Source: Calcarisporiella thermophila CBS 279.70
Taxonomy: Eukaryota > Fungi > Calcarisporiellomycota
Direction of reading: 5' to 3'
NCBI RefSeq assembly: GCF_041956535.1
Contig: NW_027192225.1
Location: 79,307-143,306 of the forward strand
Length of the DNA stretch: 64,000 nt
The notes under the pieces are model-generated. The model had not been told where the DNA came from, ran no database searches, and saw only the letters and a list, made by a program, of their open reading frames with translations. Positions 12,172 through 24,529 of this stretch are shown in pieces. Made by a program: the position numbers and the translations under genes. Numbering within the stretch: the stretch's first letter is position 1; every line of letters starts with the position of its first letter.

Positions 12172-14279
12172 ATGTCAAAGACATGCATCACAACATCCAC
12201 AATGCCTGTTAGCGCACCTGTTGTCTTGGTTAATGAGAAAAACATCGTCAGCGACCGCAAGAGCCAATGTCCTCTGCAGCCCTGCGATACTTGCCGTGCC
12301 CGAAAGGTAAATCTTAATATAGCTGGCCCATAGTGATCTCCGGCACCAATATGTCTCCTGGACTTCGCCTTAGGTCTGGTGTAGCCTGGACTGGCCGTCA
12401 TGCACCCGATGCAAGCGCCTCAAACTGGAGTGCGTCTACAAGACGGACATGGAGTCGGAGGACTTTCTCCGGGTCCTGTTCCAGCGGATCAACCAGGCCG
12501 CAAGTCGAGTGCGCCAGCTGGAGCAGGAGCTGGAGCAGAAGAAGGAATCAGGCACGCTGCGATCTCATGAGGAGAAAATCGGCGACAATCATCCCGCCAA
12601 TCAAATTATTCAGCTGCCAATGGGATGGCAGGTAGTGAACACCCCCTCAGGGCTTGGGATTCAAACGAATCTGAGGAGCATCAATGATCTGGTGCACTTC
12701 ACCCAGTTCCATCTGGGCAAGCAGGGCTTGCCCAACGACTGGGGAGTCTTCTCACGCGGGGCTATGGGGCAGACCCGCCAACATCTCCGCAGCGACATCT
12801 CGATCACCTTTATCCGGCAGTATGGACTCTACTCGGCCTCTTCTCTGCGGGCAGCCGGCCAACTCGATCCTCCCAGCGACACTCATCCACATGACCATGC
12901 GCTGGTGCCAACCACAAAGAGCTTTGATAGCCACCTTATCGACATGTTGGTACACATCGTGCGAGTTTGTCCTTTTCTCTACCGGGTCATGGATGCCCAG
13001 GAGTTTGTCGACGACTACATGCAGAACAACCTCGATCCCCTCGTGAAATGGTCCGTCCTGGCCTGGACGGCGCGCCACGCCTATCATGGGCACCGTGTGA
13101 ACTTCCGCGAGGAGTTGCCGATCTTCGCCGAGATTGCGTATGAAAAAGCCCGTGAGCTCTTGGTAAGCTTCTGCTGAGTACACCCTCCCCCATGGTCTTC
13201 TCCCTTCCCTCTCTTACTAACGCCCTTTCCTCTCTCCCTCCCCCCATTTGGCCTGGTTGATTCGGCATTGTAGGAAGATCGGTTTGATGAGCCTTCCATC
13301 AAGACGGTGGTTGCTGCCCTTGCCCTCCATCATTACACCCTCTACTCTGTAAAGCACTTCACCTATCTAGATCTTGCGCGGCAGCATATCTCCTCACTCA
13401 GCAACAGCCAGTCCACCGTCAAACTGGACATGCGGCAGGCCGGTCGCTTCCGCCGCGCATTATGGAGCGTCCGACTCCTCGAGTACCTCATGCACATCTA
13501 CGTGGACATCTCACGGCCCGTGCAGGAGGTTCCCCCTGACGGAAACGACACCACAACCACCCCCTACCATAGCCCCGAGACAGCCTTTAGCATTACCTGC
13601 GATATTCATGGGTGTCAAACCCTGTCAACCCTCTCGCAAATGCTGAAGCGTAAAGAGGAGTTCGAGTTAGAGGAGGAGTTTGCCGAGGTGATGGAGGGAG
13701 GATTGCTGGAGTGCGATCGCATTCGTCCCAACATGACGCGGATGAACCTGCGCACGCAGATGCCAACCACCGTGTTCTATTACATATCGGAGTACGAGCT
13801 GGCCAACCTGACCATGTTTGCCCATGTTTACCTTGGCCTCTTCATGAAATTGACCACGGGAGAAAGGGCCGGGCAGCGTAGCCGCTGGACCTCGGCCGAA
13901 CGGCATGCCTATGACCTATGTCGAAGCAAGGCAAACCAAATCGTCGAGATTATACAGCGGCTGGCGGAGGTCGGGATACTCTGTCTGGTAAGCACTCTGA
14001 CCCACTCCTTTGAGTGGTCCTCCACGCATATCCGACTAATACCATGGGGGTTTTTTTTTGCAATAGATTTCCGACAAAGCCGACCCCATTAACACCGCCT
14101 TCCGGATTCACCGGCGCATATGCCAAAAATCCACCAAGTCAGCGGAGCGCGAGGAGGCCCTCCGCTACCTTCGCGTGTCTTACGCAGTGATCCAACTCTG
14201 TGCATCCATTAAACTACGCCATTCGGCGGCAATCAAGGAGAAGATGGAGGCCTTCCTGGTGAAAGGAATCGTTATGTGA
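12172..14279 (+). CDS. Zn(II)2Cys6 fungal transcription factor, multi-exon
   Basis: CDTCRARK|VWCSLDWPSCTRCKRLKLEC (CX2CX6CX6CX2CX6C, split by an intron), then coiled coil RVRQLEQEL and a helical middle region. Last exon 14067-14279. Confidence 0.88.
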
Positions 14280-15055
14280 TTATTTTTATTTAAACAACCA
14301 AAATTAATAGGCCGTACTGGCATCCCCCCCCCCCCAAGTAAAAAAAAAGAAGAGGATGGCCCCCCTCCTTCGCTTGGATTGTTATTTGCACTTTTGTCTC
14401 AATTTATATATATATGAACATATATATATATCTGTATATTTTCAGTTTTCTATTTTTTTCCTCTTATTTTTTCATTTCCTTTACGCAAGTTTAGTTTTAA
14501 TATTTGTATTTTCTCCCGTTATTTTGTTCCCTCTCCTCCATCCTTCTTTACCCTTTGTATATTTATTCTATGTTTGTTTTTGATTTGTTTTTCGCCCTCT
14601 TAGAACCATGGTATAGTTTCGAGTATTCAATCCAACTTGGAAATAGATATAGCCAAATTTGCGGTAGTCGCATAGGTGGTATAAGAAATGGAAGGGGGGT
14701 TGGTTGGGAGAAGAGCTCTGCCAGCCATCGCCACAATAGGTCATGCAATTTTGCATATTAATTCAAGCATGGAGCTAGTTTCAAAATAACTTGCCCTTTC
14801 CATAAGGATGGCGCTTTTATTGAGCGCCTTAGAGTTCGAGTCCAGTGCCGACTTCTATGGGAGGGAGGATGACTCTCCTATATCAGGCAAGTTTCACAGT
14901 GTCCTTTCCTTTTGGAAGGCTCTTGCTTGCCAATATTAGCACGACCTAGAGATCGCACCGTTTCATGGGGAAAGCCGTCACATAGTAAGTCACACGAGTA
15001 AACAAAATAATCTCCATGCTCGCTCCTCTCTAGACCCGCAAGGAGTTCATATCCC

Positions 15056-18023
15056 ATGTCCGGTAAAAAAGACCCCCACCCTAAGAAGACATCGAGTTTG
15101 ACGATCGAACCGATTTCCCGCTGGCATGATGCATCGCTCCCCCCGCTCTCCGGTAGCTCGATGAAGCCGCTCTCCGATGCGGCGATCGCGGAGCGCCTCG
15201 AGAAGGCGACCGCGCTACTCGCAGAGGAAAACGCGGCCTACGAGCGAAGCGCTGAAATCTCCTCTTCGGATCGTGCCTTCCTCTCCACCGTAATGCAGTC
15301 TGGAACGCTCAATGATCGGATTTCAGCGCTGACCTTGGTGGTGCAGGAATCGCCCCTGCATGCCATGAAAACGCTGGAGACCCTCATGGGCATGGCGCGA
15401 AAGAAGAGCAGGAAGGAAGCAGTGATGGCCATTACAAGCTTGAAGGATTTATTGGTCGGGTCGGTGCTCCCTGACCGAAAGCTAAAGTAATTATTCAAAC
15501 TTGGGCGCCAAGATGGCATCGATTCTAATCTCGTTCTCTTTTTAATTTTGTAATCCCCTCTCTTTGATAGGTACTTCCGAGATCAGCCGCTGACCGATCC
15601 CAAAGTGGCACCAACCCATCTGATCATGTGGGCGTTTGAGGATTTTTTGAAAAAACAATATTTCGAATTACTCCAAATCATTGAGGTAGGTGACCATGAT
15701 ACCCCCCCTGACTGCATGTCGGTTTGCATTGATTCCTCTTATGTATCCTCCTCATTATACAATGTCTCAGCTCTTGTCCCATGATCCACTTGTCCATGTC
15801 CGCCGAAGCATTGTCTCCGTGATCTACGAGCTGCTCGCTGCCAAGCCTGAGCAGGAGCAGAACTTACTCCGCCTCCTGGTCAATAAGCTCGGCGATCAAG
15901 AGAATAAAATTGCGTCCAAGACCTCGTACCTCTTGCATGAGCTTCTGGTCGCTCACCCCGGCATGAAGCTTATTGTGGCCCGTGAGATCGAGGAGCTTGC
16001 CTGCCGGCCCAACGTGTCCGAAAAGGCGCAATACTACGGCGTCATCACCCTGAATCAGACCATTCTCTCTGCACGCGAAGTGGACGTGGCCAATAAGTTG
16101 GTCGAAATCTATTTTGTTCTCTTCCGGCGTATCCTACACCAAAGCGAGATGAGCGAGAAGAGTGCGCGAAATGGGAACGAGGCCTCGAAGAAGCAGTCCC
16201 ACGGCAAGCCAAAGCGGAAAAGCGATGGGAAGCTGAAGAAGCCGGAAGAGGAGGAGGAGGCCGTGAACTCGAAGATGGTCGCCGCGATCTTGACTGGGGT
16301 GAATCGTGCATTCCCGTTCGCCAAGGTGGAAGACTCCGTCTTTGAGGGTCATATGGACACCCTGTTCCGCATCACACACAAGGGAACTTTCAATGTGAGT
16401 GTACAGGCACTCGTTCTGATTTTCCAGGTGTCATCCATCAAACAGGTAAGTTTTCTTGGTCGAGTCGGCCTAGATTAATCATGACCCCCCCCCCCCTTTG
16501 ACTTACTTTTTCTCTCGGCTCTTCGACCCTTAGTCGGTCTCCGATCGATTCTATCGCACCCTTTACGAATCTCTACTCGATCGCCGTTTAATCACATCGT
16601 CCAAACAGGCGATGTATCTAAATCTCCTGTTTAAAGCGCTCAAAGTGGATACGGCGATGGCCCGTGTGAAAGCCTTTGTAAAGCGTATCGTCCAGGTGAT
16701 TGCATACCACCAGCCTCCCTTTATCTGTGGTGCATTCTTTCTTCTATCACAGGTAGGAAAGTTGTGTGTTTCTAATTGTATGCATGGTTATTAAACTTTC
16801 TTTTATTATTCAGCTTATGGCGGCTCACCCTGGCGTACGTGCCTTGATCGAACAGCCGGAGGAGGATGATGAGGAGGAGCATTTTGTCGACGCTCCTGAC
16901 GAAGATGAGGATATTCCCGTCTCAGACAAGCCAAAGCCAACAAAAAAGGCGGAGGCGGAGGAGAAGAAGAATGAAGACAAGGATAAATATGACGGGAGAA
17001 AGAGAGATCCCCTTTACTCTAATGCCAATAGGACATGTCTTTGGGAGCTGGTAGGTCTTTTTTTTCCCTTATTAGTTGACGTGTGTGTTGACGCATCGGC
17101 CCAATTGCTTAGATTCCTTTCACATCTCATTTCCACCCGACCGTCTCCCTCTATGCAAAACAACTTATCGAGAACGTGCCCATCCAATCCAAGCCCGACC
17201 TGCATATCCACACCCTCGCCCACTTCCTCGATCGATTTGTATACCGTAATCCCAAGAAACCCAATACCAAGGGCGCCTCTATTATGCAGCCCTCCGCAGG
17301 CGCTCACCATCCAGGCCGTGTTACACTGAGCCGTGGCGCACCCGGCGCGGCCGAGGTTCCAGTCAACTCGGAAGAGTTCTGGCGTCAACGCGTTGAGGAT
17401 GTTCCGGTGGACCAGGTGTTCTTCCACACTTACTTCACCCAGAAAATGTCGGCCACCGATTCAAAGTCACGTCGCAAGAAGGCCGACAAGGGAGAGGGAG
17501 AGGGAGATGAGGAGGATGAGATATGGCGCGCCATGCTGAACAGTATGCCGGGCGGCTTTGGAGAGGAGGAGGATGAAGATGACGAAGATATGGATGAGGA
17601 CTTGATGGAGATGATGAGTGAGGAGGAAGGAGAGGAGGAGATGGAGGGGGAGGAGAGAGACGAGCAAGACGACGGAGAGGAGGAGGTGGAGGAATTAGAG
17701 GGAGAGGACGAAGGTTTGGATGAAGGCGAGGTGTCAGAAGATCTGGATGGCTTCGACTTTGGAGAGGAGGAGGACGATTTGATACCTAGTGACGAGGAGG
17801 AGGAGGAGGAGGAGGCGGACGAAGAGGAAACTACAAGTAAAGGTATGTTCACTTGCAGATCCCGGCTTCTATTTCCGGAACGCTTCTGTGCGCGCACCCG
17901 GTTATTGACGCTTTATTACCCCTCTGAATAGGCCGCTCCAAGAAGCGACGAAAGACAGCGAAAGATCTGCCTGTGTTTGCTTCGTTTGACGACTACGCCC
18001 ATTTGCTTCAGGATCAAGATTGA
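15056..18023 (+). CDS. MAK21: Ribosome biogenesis protein Mak21/Noc1 (CEBPZ, CBF domain), multi-exon
   Basis: [75 protein letters not shown], acidic tail and C-terminal [14 protein letters not shown]. Start codon uncertain. Confidence 0.93.
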
Positions 18024-18378
18024 TATTGATTTATTTAAACCATTTCCATCCCATCTCTTATAATAGAGTCTCCACTTTTAATATCTTCTATCCTCGTCTT
18101 CATTATCCTGTCTTCTGGCAGCAAAGTTGGTTTTCAAATAGATAGCTTTCCAAACGGACTCTTTTCAGTAAAAAAAAAATACACTTATTGATCCATGTAT
18201 TACCACTGTGATCACACGCTGGAGAAACCTTGGGGTGGCAATATGCAAGTCATGTAGCTAAAGCTTTGAGGTCAAATTTCGCAAATGATCTTTACCCTCT
18301 CCAACAATTAAGAAATATAATATAAAAGGTTTATTTACAAATAATAAAATAGGTAAAAGGAATATCAAAAATCGAGAA

Positions 18379-19819
18379 CTAGTCATCCTCTTCTCCGAAG
18401 GTAATCTTCGTGCCTTTGAATTCGGCGATGGTCGGCCGTTGTCTCTGGGCCGTTGCAAGGACAGCACCCGGCTTCTGACGTTCATTCTTTGTTGCCCCGC
18501 CTTTCTCTTCTTTCTCATTTTGGGGTTTCTCAGTGTGGTTTGCGGTTCCTCCTGACTCGGAATCCGCTGCTTCCAGGTCCTCCTCGTTCACCCTCCTCAC
18601 CCTCTTGCCAGATCCCCGTTGTGTGGCCTCCTCGGATCCGAATTCCAGTCGAAGTTTTCGGCCATCAAGATATCTCTTTTGGGGATCTAAAAGGGCCTTA
18701 GTTGCCGCGGCCACCTCGGTGAAGTCAATGTAAGCAAACCTAGCAAACCGATACATCATGAGATTCTCGGGGGGGAAAATTCTTGAAGAACATATAAATA
18801 ATTAGCCAGCGTACATACCCTTTGCATTTCCCGCTATCCTCAAATGTGGCAAGCCGGATTTTACGGATGGTCCCACAGTCCGCGAAAAGGGCTTTGATGG
18901 TATCCTTCGTCGTCTCGAAACTCAAGTTTCCAATAAAGAGGGTCGGGCTTGGCGAGTGCTTCTGGGATTTTAGCAGCCTTTCGGTCTTCTTTGGATCACG
19001 CGTCACCGCAGTGACAGCAAGGGTGTTCGCCGATTTAGGAGGAGGAGGTTTTGCGCCCTTCACCTCGTAGTCCTTGGAGTGCTTTATGAGGACGTTTCGA
19101 CCATCGAGCATGGATTCGCTCAAAGCAATGGCAATTTGAGCTGCGCTAGGGGATTCAAAGTCGACATAGGCAAAGCTAGCATGGAGATGAAGAATATTTA
19201 CAGATATAGAATCAATCGGAACGATCAGCCTCATCCATTAGAAGGCTTACCCCTTATTGAGCTTGCCATCCTGCGACTTTGGCAACAGCACTCGTGTAAT
19301 ATTCCCACAGTCCTTGAAAAACTCCTTCAGCGACTCCTCTGTTGTCCTGAAGGATAGGTTTCCGATCCAAATGCCATGCTCACCCCGACGAAATGGATCT
19401 ACTTTTGCCTTCTTTTTGGGTGCAGCGCTGTCATTCTTTTCGGGATTGCTTTCATGCTTCTCCCCCTCCTCCACTTCAGCAGATTCTTTTTCGACGGAAT
19501 TCTCCGGCGACTGATTGTCGTCTTCCGTGTCTCCCCGCTTCCTTTTCTTTAACTTCTCCTTTCTCTCCTTTCTTTTCTCCTTTCCACTCTTCTTTTCTCC
19601 CGCTATCTCACTCTCTGCTGAATCCCTCGAGCGCTTTTCCTTCTCCTTCTTCTGCTTCTTCTCCTTTTTTTGCTTGTCCTTCTTCTTCTTTTTGCTCTCC
19701 ATTACCGTAGCATCTTTATGCAGTTCCATAAGGTTAAAGGGCTCGTCCATCTCGTCATTTCTGCTTGTCATGATTAGCTGAGGTTCCTCCTTGCATGCAA
19801 CGGAAGGAATGAAATCCAT
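18379..19819 (-). CDS. Nucleolar two-RRM RNA-binding protein (Nop13/Rnp24-like)
   Basis: Lys-rich N-terminus; RRM1 GIWIGNLSF...KGFAYVDF; RRM2 TLFIGNLSF...IRLATFEDSGKCKGFAYIDF; C-terminal KPGAVLATAQR...KGTKITF. Start codon uncertain. Confidence 0.85.
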
Positions 19820-19992
19820 TTTGTTTAGGTATTTCGGAGTTGCGATTGTGACTACCTCGAGCCAAGCCACCTACGTCACTAAACGGCGTCAGCAGAGTTG
19901 TCTACTTGTTTTCTCGCTTTGCGCGATCCCATTTTATGATTCTGGAGGAACAACGTGCGGGACATTAGATTGATTACCAATAGTTCAGACGC

Positions 19993-22219
19993 ATGGATTC
20001 AATACGAAGACTCAGTGGTTTTTGGGGACGGTCCGAACGTCGCGAGCAGCGCCGCAACGTCACCCCTTACTCGCGCCCCCCACCCAAACAAACCAAGCAG
20101 CCAACCAAGGAGCAGGAAGTAAGTATCGAACATGTATTTTCCGTGATGATCGAGGAACTCACGCTTCTATTACTGCACTCTCCTGTTCCGCTAGGGTGCA
20201 ATCTGGTCTGTGATCAAATCCCTCACCCCCTTCAAACGAACACCGCAGCGCCAGCCCGAATCATCGACTAATGGTAATCTACGCATACTGCCGCCTGCGA
20301 TCCTGCGAAATGAGGTGGACACCCCCACAAAGCCTAGAAACAAAGAGAAGCGCGTGCGAATCGATGAAAGCCAAAATGTAGAGTTGATTGCAGAGGCGGA
20401 CACTAGCGAATTGAGCGAACGCTCAGTTGATGCTGATACCAGCGGCGAGTTCTTTGATGCAACCGAATCCTCATTTGTTCTAAAGGAGGGGGCGGCTGCA
20501 GCACAAAATAGCGCCGATGTCGACAGGTCGGATGCATCCGATTCCGAGGAAGAAAGCGACCAAATCAAGCCTGCCGCTAAAAAGAGCAGCATGCTTGATT
20601 CGGCGCCCAAACCTAATGACAGGGTGAGTGGGCAATTTTGGGGGGTACCTTTTGATTCAGATTTTGCTCATGAATGTTTGTTGAGGCAGGCGGCCAAACC
20701 AAAACCAATTGCATCCCTCGCTTCGCGCCGCAGCGACCTGAAAGAGCGCAATCTGTTAGGGGTTTCGCCGGCTTCCAAGCGCTCGATGAAAGTGGGGGAT
20801 CGCTCGCGAAGTGGGTTTGGGTCCACCTCAGGGGTGGCCAGGCGGGCCCCGTCGAAGCTCGCGAAAACGGCACTGCCCGCCGAGCCCAATGGCAGTACCT
20901 TTTCACCTGCAAGCAGCATTGCCACCACCGACACTTCACGCTCTGCCGTGTCCACCTCCAAACGCCAGACCATGTCCTACCGCCGCCAGCAGGCGGCCCG
21001 CGAATCACGTGCTCGACTCATTGAAATGTGCCGTAAATTCATCAATGATCAGGAGGCACGTCCGCCTCCTATTTCGATTTTTTCCCGCCCCACCGCCGCC
21101 GCCGCCGCCGGCTCCTTGCCAAATCAAGCCCGGCGGAGCTCGGATGCATCCACAGCCTCATCCACCACCTCTATCTCACGGGAAGTGCAGAGCTCACAAG
21201 CCTCCAAGCCGTTTACAAATGCTCTCCGTAGGGAGGAGCCCGCTGCCATCCCGGTCTACTACTACGGGTCAGGATGGGGGCCAAACACGCGCCCCTATGA
21301 GCGTCGGAATAAACGCAAGCTTGGTTCACCAGAGCCGCCGCGCCGCTCACCGCCTGCCGAGCCAGAAAAGCCTGTTGAGAAATCAGCCATCGCACCTCCG
21401 CCCGAGAAACGCGTACGGTTTGCCAAAGAGAATCAGATCAAATTCTTCTCTCCCGCCAGGGGGACTCCGGACAATTCGCTTATTATGGACGCAGACAGCT
21501 CTCCCGTCGCACAGAAAACCGCTCCGTTCAACCTGTTCTCGAGCAGCATGCCCTCCCCCGACACTCACGCGTCCACTCAGCCCACTTCCGTGGCTCCCCC
21601 CGTGCTCTCTTTCTCGTTCGGCCCTTCCGCTACTCCCACCGCCACCCCTGTAAAATTCAATTTTGCACCCTTCAAAACAACACCACTCAGTGGTGTTTTC
21701 ACCGCCTCATCCACCACCGACCAGCAAAAGCCCGCCGAGCCTGCTGCTACCACCCCGGCATCCTTGCCTTCAACCAGTGCTCCTCCAAGCATCCTCGCCA
21801 AATCCTCAGGCAACGCGCCCTTCACCAATCCGCCCTTTAAATTCGGCTCAATCCCGCTGTTTGGAACGCAACCGAAGCCCGCTGCTGACGCGCCTCCATT
21901 CAACCCGCCCGAATCCCAGGCTCCAGAGCGAAATTCACCCCCTCCGCCTGCAACCAGTTCCCCTTCAAAGCCCCCCTCATTCCTGGCCAAGCCTCCAATG
22001 GCCGTCCCCAATTTCTTTGCCGCGCCCTCGAAGCCACTTGCTGCAAGCAAGCCGGAGCTCAATTCAGTTACCATCATGCTCCCCGAGGTATCCGATGAAA
22101 ACCCCGACTATTGCTTCCCCGCTCCGACGCGGCTCCACTATTTGGCCGAAGACGAAGTGCTCCTGAAGAAGATTTTGGCGCTCCCAGTTGAGGAGTTGCC
22201 CGTGTACACTTTCGAGTAG
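19993..22219 (+). CDS. Probable nuclear-basket nucleoporin (Nup60-like), 2 exons
   Basis: N-terminal TPYSRP motif. Exon 2 (from 20195) opens with an amphipathic-looking GAIWSVIKSLTPF. Disordered body with FSFG/FNF/FKFG repeats and C-terminal LPVYTFE. Confidence 0.55.
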
Positions 22220-22735
22220 GTTGTGGGGAGAAGAAAGGCCGCCGCCACTTGGTTTTTGGGCGAAGAACTCGGGTTTCCATCGCCGACACCCTATCTTATT
22301 CGAACATTATATCATTTTATCCTTTTTTTTTATTGCTATTTCTTTCTCCCAGCTCTTCCAAATTATCCTATTTAGAGGAATTCTTTTGTTTCAACTTGTG
22401 GATGTAAATATTTACCCATTTATAAAAGCTTTTTTTTAATTTGAAACATGGCCTTCTTTATTGTATTTTTTTTTAAAAAAAGGTCATCCTCTTAAGAATT
22501 TTCGAGTTATTTATGTGAAAGTAAAGGATTGAAATATAACCTCGACACGACCTCTCAATCCGCCATTGTGGAAAAAAAAGAAAAAATCCCAAGCCACGAA
22601 TTCTTGACACGGTCAGCTCTTTTCGTGCACCCAACCTCATCTTCTCTTCTCCTACATCTAATCCACCGTCTCCATTTTGCTTTGGTAGTTGACTGAACAG
22701 AGTCCTCCAAACCAGCAGCATCAACGTACATAAAC

Positions 22736-23900
22736 ATGAGCCAACCCGAAGTTCATCAGCTTGATCTGGGGCCCGTCACGGCCCATGCCTTCAACGGTGA
22801 CCGCACCCAGGTCGCCGTCTCACAGAACTCCAATGTAGTTTACATCTATCGCCGCACTCCACAGGGCGGCTGGCAGCAGACCGATGTCCTGACGGAGCAC
22901 GACAAGCTCGTGACCTGCTTGGACTGGGCGCCTAACTCCAACCGCCTGGTCACCTGCTCGCAGGATCGCAATGCTTACGTGTGGAACCTGATCGATGGGA
23001 AATGGCGCCCTACTCTGGTGCTCTTGCGCATCAACCGCGCCGCCACCTACGTTAGGTGGTCGCCTCTCGAGGACAAATTCGCGGTGGCGAGCGGTAGCCG
23101 CGTGATTGCCATCTGCCATTTCGAAGAGGGCAACGACTGGTGGATCTCGAAGCATCTCAAGAAGCCCATCCGCTCCACCGTCCTCTCTCTGGACTGGCAT
23201 CCAAACAACGTTTTACTGGCCGCGGGCTGCGCGGATATGAAGGCGCGCGTCTTCTCCGCATACATTCGCAATGTCGATAAAAAGTACTCACCCTCCGATC
23301 CAACTCCCTCCACACCCTCGTCTGACCACTTCTTTTATTTTTGCACCATTTAGGCCGGCCCCCACCGTGTGGGGCGACAAACTGCCCTTCAACACCGTCT
23401 GCGGCGAGTTCGCCAATGGGACCGGCGGGTGGATCCACGGGGTGGCCTTCTCTCCGGACGGCAACGCGCTCGCGTTCACGGGACATGACTCCACCATCAC
23501 CGTCGTCTATCCCTCCGGCGACGGAGCCCCCGCCCACAGCTGCACCGTCAGCACGCCTTACCTGCCCTGCGTATCCCTGACCTGGGTGTCGCCGCAGCAG
23601 ATTGTTGCGGTGGGGCACGACTGCAACCCCATGCTGCTCGAGACGCGGGATGGGCGGAACTGGGAGTTTGCGCGGTTTCTGGACGAGGCGAAGCGCAAGT
23701 CGAGCATGCTGGGCTCCACCGCGTTCAACAAGTTCCGGCAGATGGACAGCCGCGCCCAGGTGGCCAGCGCCAACACGGATCTGCACACTGTGCATCAGAA
23801 CACCATCACGATGGTGCGCAAGTACGCCACCAGCGGCGACCGCGCCACCCAGATCTCGACTTCCGGAGTCGATGGGCGACTGGTGGTCTGGTCCCTGTAG
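22736..23900 (+). CDS. ARPC1: Arp2/3 complex subunit ARPC1/Arc40 (WD40), 2 exons
   Basis: [80 protein letters not shown]. Confidence 0.97.
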
Positions 23901-24529
23901 AGGCCGTAGGGATCCCCCCTCCTCCCCGAAGGTCCCCTCGACTTACCCCGTCTCGACCGGCGGCATGGCATCAGACTTTTTCTTGGCGGAACAGTTTTTA
24001 TTTTCTCCCAACGTTAAGCAATAAAACACGGAGGGGGGAATAGAATGAAGTCACCAACTAAAGGGGTCATATAGCTCATTCAATGCCAAAGAAACCTGTC
24101 TTTGTTGTATGAAAAAAAAAAACTAAATAAACGGAGGGGGAAAAAAATACAAGTTAGAGAAAAAGCAGAAAAAAGCAGGAAAGAGCGATGCTCGAACCAT
24201 CCTCGAAAACGAAGTCGTCATTGCAAAGCAAGCGAATATCAAATAAAAATAGATATAAAATAAAAATAATAATAAAACGAAAGACGAGGGAAATAAAAAG
24301 TTCTACTCTTGCAAAATGACTTTTAAGAAGTTGGCGAAAAAAAAAATGAGAAAATTGAAATAAAGTAATGAAGAATGACGGTTAAAATAGAGATAAACAA
24401 AATTAAGGATAAAAATAGCGAAAATAAAGACTCATCGAGAATATAGCTATCATATAAGAGAATGCGCTGGCGAAAGAAAAAAGACCATGGGAGGGTCATT
24501 TCCCCCCCATTTTTCAAGCGATTCGCGCC

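Noticed and set aside
14810-14850. Hairpin plus GTTCGAGTCC (Pol III B-box-like), possible tRNA
   Set aside because: T-stem and acceptor stem do not pair; no cloverleaf.
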